Shown: positions 1 through 13,400 of the stretch, in pieces
How positions within the stretch are numbered: position 1 is the stretch's first letter
How the letters are laid out: each line of letters begins with the position of its first letter
NCBI GenBank assembly: GCA_002633005.1
Contig: NMRA01000125.1
Location: 504,638 to 568,637 of the forward strand
Reading direction: 5' to 3'
From: Phoronis australis
Taxonomy: Eukaryota > Animalia > Phoronida
Length of the DNA stretch: 64,000 nucleotides
Notes under the pieces: generated by a model
Databases searched by the model: none
What the model was told of the DNA's origin: nothing
The model's input: only the letters and a program-made list of their open reading frames with translations
Position numbers and translations under genes: made by a program

Positions 1-3000
1 GACGACACCGTGTACATTGAATGTTAAGATTCTATGCAATGCACAGACGTTGACAGGTCAGTGGCATTTTAAAATCTTCAATTTACACAATTTTCTGTAA
101 AACCCCATTGTGTGGAGCTGCTGAAGGTATAGCCTGCTACTTTTATTTGTAAGCGGTTTATGTTTGAATAGAGTTTCAAGTGACAAACACTTGAACTTAT
201 TTTTTCACAGTAACGTTATGTCAGAAAACCTTGATTACTAACTACTTATTGTATAGGACCATGTTAACAAGTGTGTACATTTAACCCAAATATCTACAAA
301 ACTATAGAATTTAACAGAGCAGAGTATTATTTTCTGAAAGTATAAATCCTGCCGCTAGTCGGGTAACATAACCTTGTTATAGCTAAAGTGAAAGGTGCAT
401 TCGTAGTAAAACAACAGGATCAATAAAATGGTCAAATTTTGTGTGATATAAATATTCAAGACAAATGCTCTATCAGTTTGTTAAATTTATCATTTCATGT
501 TTGTTTTATGCAACTGTAATTTGTTTTTCATGAAATTAAGTCCCATTTTTGATAGCTCCTCAAGCCAAGTGGAGCCATTTAATAAAGACAATTCATTTTC
601 GGCTTTATGTAACTTAATTTTTACACAAATCACATAAGTGCTAGTTTTTGATAGCCCCCCCATTCAAATGTGGAACATCTTAAAAACAATTCCTAGCAGC
701 ATTTTGTAGAACAGTGTATAAAGTATAGTATCTGATAGTTTCATGAGAATCCGATTATCCGTTTCTGAGATATGATGTTCTGAAGTTTGCCAAATTTGGA
801 CATTTTTCTAGGGTCTGGTCCTACATAACTTTATGTCAAAATTTTATGTTTCTTTGACTGGTGCAGTGCACAATAAATGTTATCCTTCCTGTTATTTTTA
901 AGGTTTCCACATAATTACCAGTGCACGACGTGTTGAAGTGTCCAGCAATGCTCAAGGGTACCTGTGCACACAGACTGGAGAGAGCTGTGGAAATGGGCTG
1001 TATTCTACAAGATGGAGCAGCAGATCTCATTTTCAGCACTTACAGTTAAAGGTGGGTATTAGATCTAAATGTAAAACTGTACTAGGTGATTCTGTAGATG
1101 TCAGTGTTACCTGTGTGTCACTGTTACCTGTATGTCCCTTCAGCACAGCTAGTTTGCCATTATGTTGTTGGCAGGGCGAAGCCTGGATTTCTGGGGGACG
1201 GCTCTGTGCGCTTTGCTGGGTGGTTAGTCGCCACTTGCCGTTCTTCAAATATTGGAGCACGTCTTTTTTACTGTCTATTGAACAATTTTGCATTTAGTCG
1301 TACATGCAAATGTATGGGCATTTAGTTACGCAAAGAATAAATTGATAAAGTCTTGTTCATTGCAGTTTGTTTCATTGACTGACAAGACACGTTTTGATAT
1401 TCATGGCATGCAATTAGATGTCAAAGTGGACCCAGCTTCAATGATGCCTGCCAGCATGTCAACTGTACAGATGGATAAAGTTAATGAGATGATGAGAGAC
1501 ATGGGCCTGGAGGGATCACAGAGTGCAGACGGCCTGAGGAAGGCTTTGGAGCTGGCTGAAACAGTACATGTAAGTTAGAGACACAGGGCCTGTTGCCAAC
1601 CATACTGCTTTTGGCCATGAAAAGGCTAACCCATCAGCTCCAATATTGAGTTGAATCTTCACCAACGATTTGTCTATTCAAAGTCCGAAATCACTTCTGA
1701 TCCGAGCATGGTACAATTTGAGACCAATTTTGTAGTGGCAAGTTTAATTATTACATTCACAATTCAGTGTCTTGCCACCAAGAATTGGCCAAGTGATGTA
1801 GAACAGCTTTAAAGCTGGTCATGTTTTTTATGTCCAGTTCTGGTCTCTTTCATCTTGGCCATGAAATGATCAGATTTGGGATTCAAAAAGCATGTGTCAG
1901 GGTTTGTTGACTTATCCTGGTTGACCTTTTAAACAAGGTATGTAGAGTAACTTTGACATTTGTTATTGATTCAATGGTAAATGTTGACCCTTGTCCTGCT
2001 AAGCCTCTATTCAGACAACTTTCCCTGTGTGCTAAGTAGGTCACCACTGCTGTTGTGCATTGGGCTGTTATGAAGGTCACTCATATTAATGACCTAACAT
2101 TTTTAAATTGGAAATTTGAAGGGGTAATGCCTACTTCACATAAATGTAGTCTGCACAAAAGTTGTTCAGAATTTAATGGAGATTTTCACCATATATCTAT
2201 AGCCTTGGTGTAAATAATTCTATAAACTTTCAAACTGAACAGCCTTTGTTTTTATCTGTTTTCACATATGAGAACATTATAGCTGACACTCACAAACTGC
2301 AATAAGCATTTTTAAAAGGGAATTCATGGGACTTGCATGTTTAATAAAGCAGATTTATTGTCTGTAACATCACATCTACAAACAAGAATGTACAGTGTAT
2401 AACATACCTCAACTTTGCACTATAACAAAATTTATGACTGGTACATTCGCTTGCTAAAGTCTGTTTTGAAGTTCACCTTGATGTGCAAAAACTGGAAACA
2501 TGGGTGGGGACACAAAGCTATTCTGTGAAAAAGTCACAAAAATATGTAGTTCTGAATGAGTTCCATCATGTTTCAGAGGCTCTGTATTATGCCTGAAGGG
2601 CGTGAGCCAAGCATCATTGTAGGACACTAAGTTCAGCTTCAGGGACCGGTAACTCCTCCAAAATTGCACTGAGATTCGAATTGATAGAATCTGTATTACT
2701 TGTGACTGTTGTATTAGTTTCGCAGTCACTGTCAACGTCACTTTCGAGTGCCAATTCCAGCTCGTTTTCACTATCTAAGTCCACGAACACTTCCTCAAGA
2801 AACTGGTCAACAGTCTTCTTGCCACGTTTGGCACCAGCCAAGATAAAACTTGCGTAAACTTTCAAATATCTCGATAACAACTCACCACAGCCATATGTTG
2901 TAAATCAGAAAAATGTACAGGAAACTATGAACTGTGGAATGCGCACACATATATAAACAGCATACAATTTCTGAATGAAAAACACCAGTGTCCTGGGGTG

Positions 3001-6000
3001 AGTTCACCCTCCTTGCGTAGTCTAGCTGCAGCTTATTATAGGCGATTGAGTACACCCGACGCATTTCAATAAGATAATTGGCTTGTCGGCTGACCTCGCC
3101 TAGCGCAGGATAAGGATTAAAGATGTAACACCAAAAATCAAAGCTAAGCCACTTTGAAAATTGTGTCATTGTGTCATCTGCCTGTTGATAAAAGTTTAGT
3201 TTAGTGGTGCATTCTATACAAGTATTTGAAGTTGTGTCTTGCCGTGCAGCATTAAGTTGTTTTTAAGCCAGTGTCAGGTAAATGGGTATTTATTTTACAG
3301 CTTTTTGAAACCATGCATTTCATGCATATATTGTTTTAGAAATACACGAATGTGTAAATTTGCATTTTAGAAACAGGCGCAATGTAACAATATGACTGCT
3401 GGATTGGCTGCCATGACGACAGAATGCTCTGGCACTCAGGCGGCTGGTGGAAACAGTGCGTCGGGCCTCCAGATGGCCGGAATGTTGAACTCAGTTATGT
3501 CAGGTGAGTTATGAATGAATCAATGAATGCAGCGTTTGGTGATGTGCAAGAATGCCTGAAATTTCTGATAATGAGCCCCGAGGCGTGTGTTCGAACAGTG
3601 CAATAGTTTTACCTTTCTTGCTTATAAGTAAAAGTGTGGGTGTGCTTGTGTGTACTTTAGAAATAGTGGGATTATAATTAACGACAATGTGCTTGCAACA
3701 TTGGTATGGAATGAGGACATATTTGTTATGAAGAGAGTTGATAGTCAGGGCCCTCGATGGTTTGGGGCTCAGTACTGGCCTCATTACCCTCTGAAAATGT
3801 TTTGAAATGAAATTACCCTCACCAGTCCCCAAAATCACCCTCATATGATTTGCCCTTTAAGTTAAAATTATTTCTACAAAATGTTGGAGGTATAGCCATT
3901 TATTTTGCCAATGGGGGGGGGGAGTGTGGAATTAACTAGTGCTGCCTGGTGGAGGATTTTTCCAGCAACCTAGAAATTCCTAGTTTATTTTGTAGATAAG
4001 CAAAAATGTCCTGAAATAAATGATTTCTAGTTTCTTATCAATTCTTGTTGTGGGTTTGTCACACTCCGACACGGTTTATTTTGGGAACCCTACATAATGT
4101 AGAAAGTATATTAAAAAGTGTGGCCCTGAAAGCAAGCCTGTGGTAGAACTTTCTTTTTCGAAAAATTGAGGCTCGAATTTAATGGCATGTCATATGTCAT
4201 GAGTGTTGTCCTGTCTGGCTAACGAAACTATGCTTTTCTTTCAAGCAACCATAATAAATTATTTTTATCATGTGATTCGTGTACTGAACAGTGTCTTAAA
4301 GGAACTCAAATGGAAACATTCAGTTCAACAGGCTGTGGAATGTGGCAGTGTCATATGTCTCAAAAATAATTTGTAAGAAAAGTTTGGTTTGTATAGCACA
4401 GCCATCACCAAACAGGATTTGGTAAAATTTCAAAGACTTGAAACAATGTAATTTAACATCAAGAAGTAGAAAAAATGCAAATTTTGTAGAATTTTTAGTG
4501 TACTTAAAAGGTGGAATGCTTGTTAAAGTTACTATGAATAGCATCAGTATTCCCATACCCGAGGTGCCAACTTGTTTTATAGTGTTGGGTATACCACAAG
4601 TGACCTCTGGTGAGGAACAGCTGATGTACTTGAAGCTTCAGGACTTGTGCACTCGGCTAGGCCAGCAGAAGCTACAACAGGATCAACCAGTTGAGGGAGC
4701 CACGCACCAGCCTGTCTGTGACCAACTATCCAGGTACTATGTGTACTGCACATAATGTGGTCTCTCTCAAATAAACCAGCTTTTCATGGTGTTCGTTTTT
4801 AGTGTTTTGTGCAGGATGGACACAAAAAGAGCACGCAATAATCACATAATATCAGGAAGAGATAACCAGGAAGGGACAACTAGCTAAACCGCCGTTTTTG
4901 GCCTCCTTCCCCGGACTAATTTCAAGACTTAAGTTTCGTTTAAAAGGAAACAGATGATTTTATCAGAGAGATTAAAGNGTATTTCGCAGTTTTTGTTGTC
5001 GAGTCGGGTGTCGCTGTGGTAACATGGGTTCCAGTGTCTCACCTTGTTAAAAAAATTAGCTGCCTCAAGGTTTGTCACTGATTTGTGAAAGCAACTATAA
5101 ATCTGCATTCCTTAAAAGTAATTAACATTTGATTTAAACCAGTTACTGCCATAAAACTGATTTCAAATCTATTCCCAATTCAGATGAAATTGTTTTTGAG
5201 CTTGGAAAAACCAGACAGTTCATTATTTAATTCCAAACTCAGTGCCTATGATAATGACCTGCCGTGACAGGCTGAGCCTGGTCTTGGGCAATGACAAACC
5301 TCTTCTTTGACTAGGAACAATTACAAACCTATGTCATTGTTGTTAGTGGTCTAAATCACGGGACAGCTGATAAAAAACCTCCAATTATTGCCTTAGTTGT
5401 AAAGTGATTTGGCGTGTCCATCCTTGACTATCATTATGAGACGTGCATGTATTTCATTGGGCTGTCTTGGCTTGCTTTGTTTTTTCGTACGTCAGTAGAA
5501 TTATTCCTAAACCAGACAAGTTCGCTTTAGCTTGTCAAGTCTGTAGCATGGAACATCTTTGGAATTGAAAGGTGGTATTTTTGGAGCCTTAAGCCATGTT
5601 GAACTTGTTGCATCATATTTTAAACGTGCTGGTTTTCAGGAATTCAAGTCTGACTGTGCAGTCTCACTTTAAAGATGCTCCGTTTCTATTCAATTAAAAT
5701 CTTCACATTAAAATTAATTTGACCACAAATCAATCTAGTTTTAAGGGAGCGTTCACTTATTGCCTCATCCTAAGTTTGTCACTTTTTATCCCCTCTGTCA
5801 CCACCCATCATCCTGATATAACCCCCCTTCCATCTTCTAATTACGTTATCACAGCCAAACCCCGCCTGTTTAGGCAGTGATGGAGTGGGTCTGTAGTTTG
5901 GGTACTTGCTTATAAAGTAAGCCTAATGAAATATCAAGTCTTGGAAGCATGAAACAGTGGGTCATGGTTTTGGAATTGGTCAATTGTACTAGAAGGTGAA

Positions 6001-6558
6001 CCAGTTTCCCAACGACATGTACCGTGATGGAGATATTCTAATAAACCACACAATGACATCACCATGAGTGCAACCCCCTCCCTCATCATCTTTCCAAACC
6101 TCGTCCCCCCTGGAGTGATGATGTGATATGTGAGTGCTCTCTAATCAAATATTTATTTTCATGTGCACAGTGAAACTATGGAATTTTCAAACTTAATGTT
6201 TGAATAACAGGCGATGCCACAGCAAAATAGCCACCACATTGGATTGGCATTCCAGTTCACACACTGTAATTTATGCAATGTTTCCATTTTATTGATGTCA
6301 TTTTTAAATTTTGGTTTAAAAAGTGCATGGCCCTTTAAATGTGCTTTCAGCTTGCCAGCAGATGTAGGCGAGACCAGCAGCACAAAAGCTGTGGAGGAGT
6401 TACAAACGTCTACAGCAAAGGAACTAAGTGCAATGGAGAAGCGTATTATGAGTGCGGTTGATGAAAAAGTAGACAAACTGGAGCAGAAGCTCTCAAAAAA
6501 ACTAGACATGTTGCTAGAGGCCGTATGTAAAAGCCAGCACTACATGGGCCTAGACTGA
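1..6558 (+). CDS. C10orf88: C10orf88/PAAT (DUF4506-type) homologue, 5' end outside the window; 6 exons
   Basis: Phase-consistent GT-AG exons <1-56, 903-1051, 1366-1569, 3371-3503, 4583-4733, 6351-6558 (TGA). The spliced protein has GFHIITSARRVEV..YLCTQTG, KFVSL, VQMDKVNEMMRDMG, LQDLCTRL and a C-terminal coiled coil KELSAMEKRIMSAVDEKVDKLEQKLSKKLDMLLEAV. These match, in order, blocks I recall from vertebrate C10orf88 (SARNMEVY, IDLDKVQTIMESMG, MEKKLMDYIDQRI). AATAAA near 6843. Confidence 0.85.
330..835. mobile_element. Arm of a dispersed non-autonomous DNA transposon family (family X), in intron 1 of the C10orf88 fragment
   Basis: Shares blocks (aaaacaacaggatcaata, tagtttttgatagccc, gcattttgt, ccaaatttggacattt) with 7887-8750, 8865-9610 and, reverse-complemented, 48378-48600. 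Boundaries approximate. Confidence 0.6.
5745..6141. mobile_element. PIF/Harbinger-like MITE
   Basis: Imperfect terminal inverted repeats GGGAGCGTTCACTTAT / ATATGTGAGTGCTCTC flanked by TAA on both sides (5742-5744 and 6142-6144); no ORF. Confidence 0.55.
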
Positions 6559-7442
6559 ATGTGGCGGGAATATTTGTTAGCTTTTTTTTAAAGTTGAGTT
6601 TTGCATTTCCCCTCGAGGACCAAAGTGTTGGCCTGTTTCACTTAACATCACCAATGCGTGCCAATGCCCCCTTACCGGTCTTCCTGTTAAATCTGGATGC
6701 TGTTTTGTTGATTCTGAAGAGTCGTTTCTGGTTTATTGTGTAGAGAAACGGAGTGTTTCAGTGATCTGTGATTGTAAAGAAATGTAACTTAACATCATGT
6801 TTATATAGAATGTAATTTTACTCTAGTTTTGTTTATGGATGTAATAAACATACTCTGTCACACTTCCCCTCATTTCATTGTTGCAGTTAAAAACAAGTCT
6901 CTTTTTACCTCTTGTCACAATACATTTACTACATTTAGCCTTTTTACTTATACTTGGTGACATTGTTTGTATATACAACATACCCTGTAAGACAAAAAGA
7001 AAACAACTCCATCAGTTTTTAATATATATTACATAAAATAAGGTATTCGTAGCAGAACCAACCTGCATTCCACAACGTTTGACAATAGCTAACACACCGC
7101 CGAGAACTCTGAAAGCAGGAAAGCAACTTCCACTTATCAAATCTCAAAACTCTGTTATATGGGGTGAGCTGACGAAGATGGCACTTATTTCATCCACAGA
7201 CACTTGGCAAAGTTTGCTTTTTTGCAAGACCAATTTATTAACTCTTTGCACAACAGCACCTGACTTGGTAATTGACGGCAGGGGTATTGAGCAATTAAAT
7301 GCCACTTTAATTATCCATCCATATCACCAGTGAAATGTAGGTGGCGCTGTACATTTTCCATCAAGCAGTCCTATCATTTTCCAATGACGCGTGTATTTCA
7401 AAAAGTAGTGGCACCAGAAAATAACTTATTGTTTGCCAGTCT

Positions 7443-10400
7443 TCAGGTAGTTGAAAACAACTTGTGAATTATCTCTTGGTGAGTTGCTGGTTGAGGTAAG
7501 GACCTCGAATGATGAGCCACTGCAACAGAACATTTTCATATTTCAAAACAGCTCAAAATGCAACGATGACTAGATCATGTTCGCACCTTGCTTGTACTTT
7601 GGATTTAGAAAAGTAAATGCACCTACTGTTTTCCTCTTTCACTATATTTGACTTTATACTTAGAAAGGAACAAAATTTTAAATTATTCCACAGATCACAA
7701 GAATGACGCTAAATAACTGACTTATAAGTAGAACTTTATCTAAGACCCTAGCTGGATTGATTTGGTAAATGCAGAAGCAAATTTTCAATTACAGAATGTG
7801 GTTCTAGGTGAAAACAATTTTTATCACAGGACAACTTTTCCCACTGACACAAACTTCAAATTTATGTTTGGTGAGTTACATTTTAAAAAAGATTATGTAG
7901 GAATATATCTCAGAAATGGTTGATGGGATTCGCATAAAACTAAGACACTGCTCCAGAAAATGCTGTTCGTAATTGTTATAGAAATGTTCTACTGTTTCAC
8001 AAGGGGCTATTAAAAATACGAGTCAAGAAAAAATTTTAGAGCTGCAGAAATCGAAAACAAAATATTTAGAAAACCGTAACAGCATTTTTGATATTTTATC
8101 TTTAACGTTTACATCATATTATTATGTTGGATCATGTTATTATTGATCCTGTTGTTTTGCTATGAATGTACCTTTCTTTTTTGCTAAATTTTCCTAAAAA
8201 GCATGGTCACGTAACCTAATTAATGGCAGATTGGTATAGAGTCAAAAATCAAATTCTACAAAATTTCTGCTTTTAGACAGTCACTATACTTTTGCCGAGT
8301 TAGGGATAAGTAGGACCTTATCGATCAGACTGTACATTCAGCCAAATGAAATACAATACAGTATAAATTCTGGAAAGTTTTATTTTTGACTTTGAACACA
8401 CCTGCCACTAATTAGGTCACATGACCTTGCTTTTTAGGAAATGTTAAGGAAAAAAGAAAGGAACATTGTTCATAGCAAAACAACAGGATCATTAACATGA
8501 CAAAATTTCCAAAGATATCTAATGGTCTACGATATAATCTCAAAAATGCTGTTTCATTTTCGGTTTATGTAACTTTTTTCATTAATCATATAAGTCCTAG
8601 TTTTTAATAGCCCTCATACAAAAAAGGAACATTTTAAAAACAATTCTCAATAGCATTTTGTAAAATGGTGCATAAACTATAAACTTCTCTGATAGGATAT
8701 TCCAAATTTGGCAAAAATTGGACATTTTACATTGTCCCAAATAACCTTGAAATTCAGCTTTCTAAATATTTTACTATTTGCACAGACTTGTCACTAAGGT
8801 CCTACATTTCCTTCACATACGGTCCTACATTTCCTTCACATACGGTCCTACATTTCCTTCACANTTAGAGCTGCAGAAATCGAAAACAAAATATTTAGAA
8901 AACCGTAACAGCATTTTTGATATTTTATCTTTAACGTTTATATCATATTATTATTATTATTATTATTATGTTGAATCATGTTATTATTGATCCTGTTGTT
9001 TTGCTATGAACGTACCTTTCTCTAAATTTTCCTAAAAAGCATGGTCACGTAACCTAATTAATGGCAGATTGGTATAGAGTCAAAAATCAAATTCTACAAA
9101 ATTTCTGCTCCTAGACAGTCACTATACTTTTGCCGAGTTAGGGATAAGTAGGACCTTATCGATCAGACTGTACATTCAGCCAAATGAAATATCTACAATA
9201 CAGTATAAATTCTGGAAAGTTTTATTTTTGACTTTGAACCAACCTGCCACTAATAAGGTCACATGACCTTGCTTTTTAGGAAATGTTAAGGAAAAAAGAA
9301 AGGAACATTGTTCATAGCAAAACAACAGGATCATTAACACGACAAAATTTCCGAAGATATCTAATGGTCTACGATATAATCTCAAAAATGCTGTTTCATT
9401 TTCGGTTTATGTAACTTTTTTCATTAATCATATAAGTCCTAGTTTTTAATAGCCCTCATGCAAAAAAGGAACATTTTAAAAACAATTTCCCATAGCATTT
9501 TGTAAAATGGTGCATAAACTTTGAACCAAGCATCTGAAAGTTTCATGTGGATCTAATCATCCACTTCTCTGATAGGATATTCCAAATTTGGCAAAAATTG
9601 GACATTTTACATTGTCCCAAATAACCTTGAAATTCAGTTTTTTTGTAAATATTTTAGTATTTGCACAGACTTGTCACTAAGGTCCTACATTTCCTTCACA
9701 TCATACTCTAAATGATATTTACAACTTACAAATCTGAGTTGGATTCATGTTGCCTCTCTCGCTTTGCTTCTCCAAGACTGTTCTAACTCTTGATACTGAA
9801 AAAGTTTTTACAAAATTCAAATCAAAGCAATCACTTTGTCAATGATATTGTAAATATTTCCACCTGATAGTTTTCTAACCAGAAAATTTTTCTAATGCGC
9901 CTCATTTATGACACACTAGTCTTGTCCATTTTGTCGGCAACAGTTGCTTTGCAATAGAATGCATATAAACATGCCCCCCCCAAAAAAAAAACAACACAGA
10001 AAAATAATGAACCTACCAGCAACTGAGAAAAAATCCTGATTCATACAATCAGGTCATGCGACAGGCATACTGTAACTCTCACCAGATTCAAACGGCTTTG
10101 AAGCAAATTACATTCCGGCATCCACAGTAGAGTTTTGAAAATAAATTCGACAGGCTTCAACAGAACTCGTCNATGAACCTACCAGCAACTGAGAAAAAAT
10201 CCTGATTCATACAATCAGGTCATGCGACAGGCATACTGTAACTCTCACCAGATTCAAACAGCTTTGAAGCAAATTACATTCCGGCATCCACAGTAGAGTT
10301 TTGAAAATAAATTCGACAGGCTTCAACAGAACTCGTCATAATTTAAAACGGTCTATAGTTGAAAAGAAATGAATGTTTAGATGAATTTATGAGTAAAGAA

Positions 10401-13400
10401 ACTGAGCAGAATTTCCATGTTGTCCAGTTTATTTTGAAAACCACTGTCAGTTAAAAACAGAATAACTTTTCACCTAAAGTTTGCAAATTATTCTTAGGTG
10501 ATTTTAATAGTGTTACTGTTTTCTTGAAATTTTCGTCATAATTTCTGCTAAACTTCAGACATGGGTTTTGTCCATTTTAACAAGACCAACACAAAGTATT
10601 GAAATGAGTGCACTAATCCACTGCAAACAGTAATTATGCTTCTAGGGGTGTTTACATACATAAAATGGCCACTATATGGTGTAGAAAACATTGAACCCAT
10701 GTGAAAACGGAAAAGCATTGTTATCTCCCTCATACGAAATTATTTGGCACAGTTTAAAATCTGAAGGAACTCCATAATCCAAGGATACAGAGGCAAATGT
10801 AAAAGTTGACAATAGACGGTACAGCAGCAGTTGGATCCATTCAGTTGTCAACTTCATTGGGTTATACTCGCTAAACAATTCACAAAGATCCAGCAAGAAA
10901 TGTAGGAGATGTAGCTGTAGATGCAAAAAAATGCCACTAGGGGGCACCAACACAGTCGAACCAAATTGCATGAAAAACCATCAAGGAACTGTGAAGATGC
11001 AAAGCAAAACAAATTGCCACTGAGGCCACAGAGACAGTTAAGATCTGTCCAAAAGTTGTGGTCAGCCATAGTCCTACTGATAGGAAAACATTTGCCAAAT
11101 TTCACTCCAGAAAGCGTTTAGCAGATACAGCAAGAAGACCAGACAGAGCTGACGGCAAATGCTCCCATATGAGAACGCATAAAAATCAGTAGTATTGAAT
11201 AATGTGCACTGTACCAAGGGACTCTGTTCTTTTTATCTCTGCATTCATCTGGTCACAAGTCTGAGTCTCCATCAATGCCTCGACTTGCTGTAGTTTACCC
11301 GCAAAAGCCTGGAGTGAGAAATGTGTGCATCATAGGCTGTGTTCGGCAGACGTAAGAATCTCTTGAATGCAAGACTTCGCAGTGCATTATGACCGATCAC
11401 ATGTGACCACACTTGGCTTTTTTCGTGAGTCTCTTAAGTCTACGGAACACAGCTCAGGATAATAGGAATCCGGTTTAAAAGACATCCAACGGCAATCTTA
11501 ATGTAAAACAATTAATTACAATTAATCATTATTAAAAATCTTAATTTGGCATAAGGAAATAATACACTGAGAAAACATGATTTTAAAATTTGTTTTGACT
11601 GTTAAGTTTGCCACGACTACTTACATTAAAATAAGTCACTCATCATCCTATTATGAATGTTACTAGTAAGATTTTGAAGAAAAACATTTCCAGGGAGACT
11701 CCACGAGATGGTTGTTAAATACAAAAAAATATAACAGGGAAATCTGTATGATAAAAGTAAAAAACAACATTTCTCAAATTACTAAATAAATTAATGTACT
11801 ATTGAAAAATCTCTAAGATTTTTTTAAAGTCACAAGGATTTTGTTTGTAGTGAAATTCATGACTTTTGATTAATCCATAAGGATTGACATGTAACAATTC
11901 CCCGGATGTCAGTAAAATGCATCCAAACATAACTCGTGTACAACTCCTAATTTTTAGTGAACTGCACACTCACATACTAAAAACTAAGTATGGCAAAACT
12001 TCACCAATTTTGGACAAACAATTGCCAAAATGGATCTTTTTTCAATTTTCAATTCTTTCAAAACATTCTCTGATAGTAGACAAAGCTTAAACACCAAAAT
12101 GTATAAATTTGATGCTGTATATCTTTTATAGAGAAAAGGAGAACATAAATTTCACTTGTCTGCCATATTGTGTCATAAATTGGGGAGATTTTACCGGATG
12201 TTTTTGCAACACTGAGACACAGAGTTCCAGTCTTATGACCTTTGAACTTCATGCAACTTATGACTTTTGAACTTCAATGCAGTTTCTGACAAAAAACAAT
12301 TCAAGTTGCCCTATCAGTGATCGCGAGGCAGCAACGCATCAGTTAGTGAGTTTTTGCCCTGGGATTTCCCACAATTTTCTGAAAGATGTTTGTAATTTAA
12401 CAACTAAGTTTGATAGCGATGCACCACAATTTTGTGGAAAGTCTGTCATAGGCTACAAATACATCCCAGAGTGTAAATTTGATGAATCCTAGCTTCCAAT
12501 TTCACCTTTTTCAGAGACTGGGTTTCAACCGCCTTAGGCTACAATAAGTGCCCCAATCCCAAAACCTAGGGGGCTTATTAGGGCGAATACAGTAGTCTAA
12601 CTTCAAAAAATGGAGCTTTTGCTTAAACATCTCCTCCTGACAGAAGTTTAAAATTTTGGAGCCAAAAAATTTCAACAAATTTACAAGTACTACTTTACAT
12701 AATTTTCACAAGTGATGAAATTGGTCAACTTTTTATGAAAACTACAATGACAAGTGACAACATTTTTTGTCCAAGCAAGGCATCAAAAGAAGCTGAAAGC
12801 CAACCTTGCGCTTTGCACTCTTTATTTTCTCTTCTTGCAGTTGAGCAGTAAGGTGAACTAGTTGTCTTTTCAACAATGCATACCTGGAAATTTTCGAAAA
12901 ACAACATTAAGTGTCCTACATACTGAGAAAAATCAAAAAACAATTCAGAGAAGCATAGGTTGAAAGTGAGAGGAGAAACAGAGGAGAGGGGGGGAGGGAG
13001 ATGGGGGAGGTAGGCAGGTAGGGAAGTAGAGAGGGAGGGAGAGAGGAGGGAGGGAGGGGGAGAGGCAGGGAGGGATGGAGGGAGAGGGAGGGACGAGGCG
13101 AGGAAGGGAGGGAGCGGAGGAAGGGAGGGAGGGAGACAGAGAGAGAGGAAGCAGGGAGGGAGAGGAGGGAATAAATCTAGCATCAATGTACTGTAGGACA
13201 GGACAATGACCAAAATTAAAATTGTTTACAAACATTGTCTCATGAGCTTGAGTTAAGAGCCACAATTTTTAAATTCTTTATGGTTTATAGGGTTTCCTCA
13301 AATGAACAGTGTTAACTTTGCAATTATTAAGCAGAAACAGGGGTTAATGAAAAACAGGACCATTTATTTTAGCGTGACATTAGATTGATTAGATCAGCTA

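Noticed and set aside
8799-8863. 23-bp repeats resembling a CRISPR array
   Set aside because: No spacers, eukaryotic context, at a contig end; a simple tandem repeat or artefact.
8036-9701. Apparent recent tandem segmental duplication
   Set aside because: The copies abut a single N and differ like alleles; most likely an uncollapsed haplotype overlap, not real biology.
9745-9795. Alternative phase-0 ending YQELEQSWRSKAREAT-stop for the Fta4-like gene
   Set aside because: The preceding exon is 94 nt and ends in phase 1, so the frame is VSRVRTVLEKQ, continuing to exon 7519-7443.
10007-10337. Possible duplicated exon of the Fta4-like gene
   Set aside because: Duplicated across a single N; stops occur in all minus-strand frames, and the gene model is phase-consistent without it.
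12725-13265. Proline-rich ORFs of 162 and 106 aa
   Set aside because: Translations of a GA-rich low-complexity tract; the real exon here is 12883-12805 in another frame.
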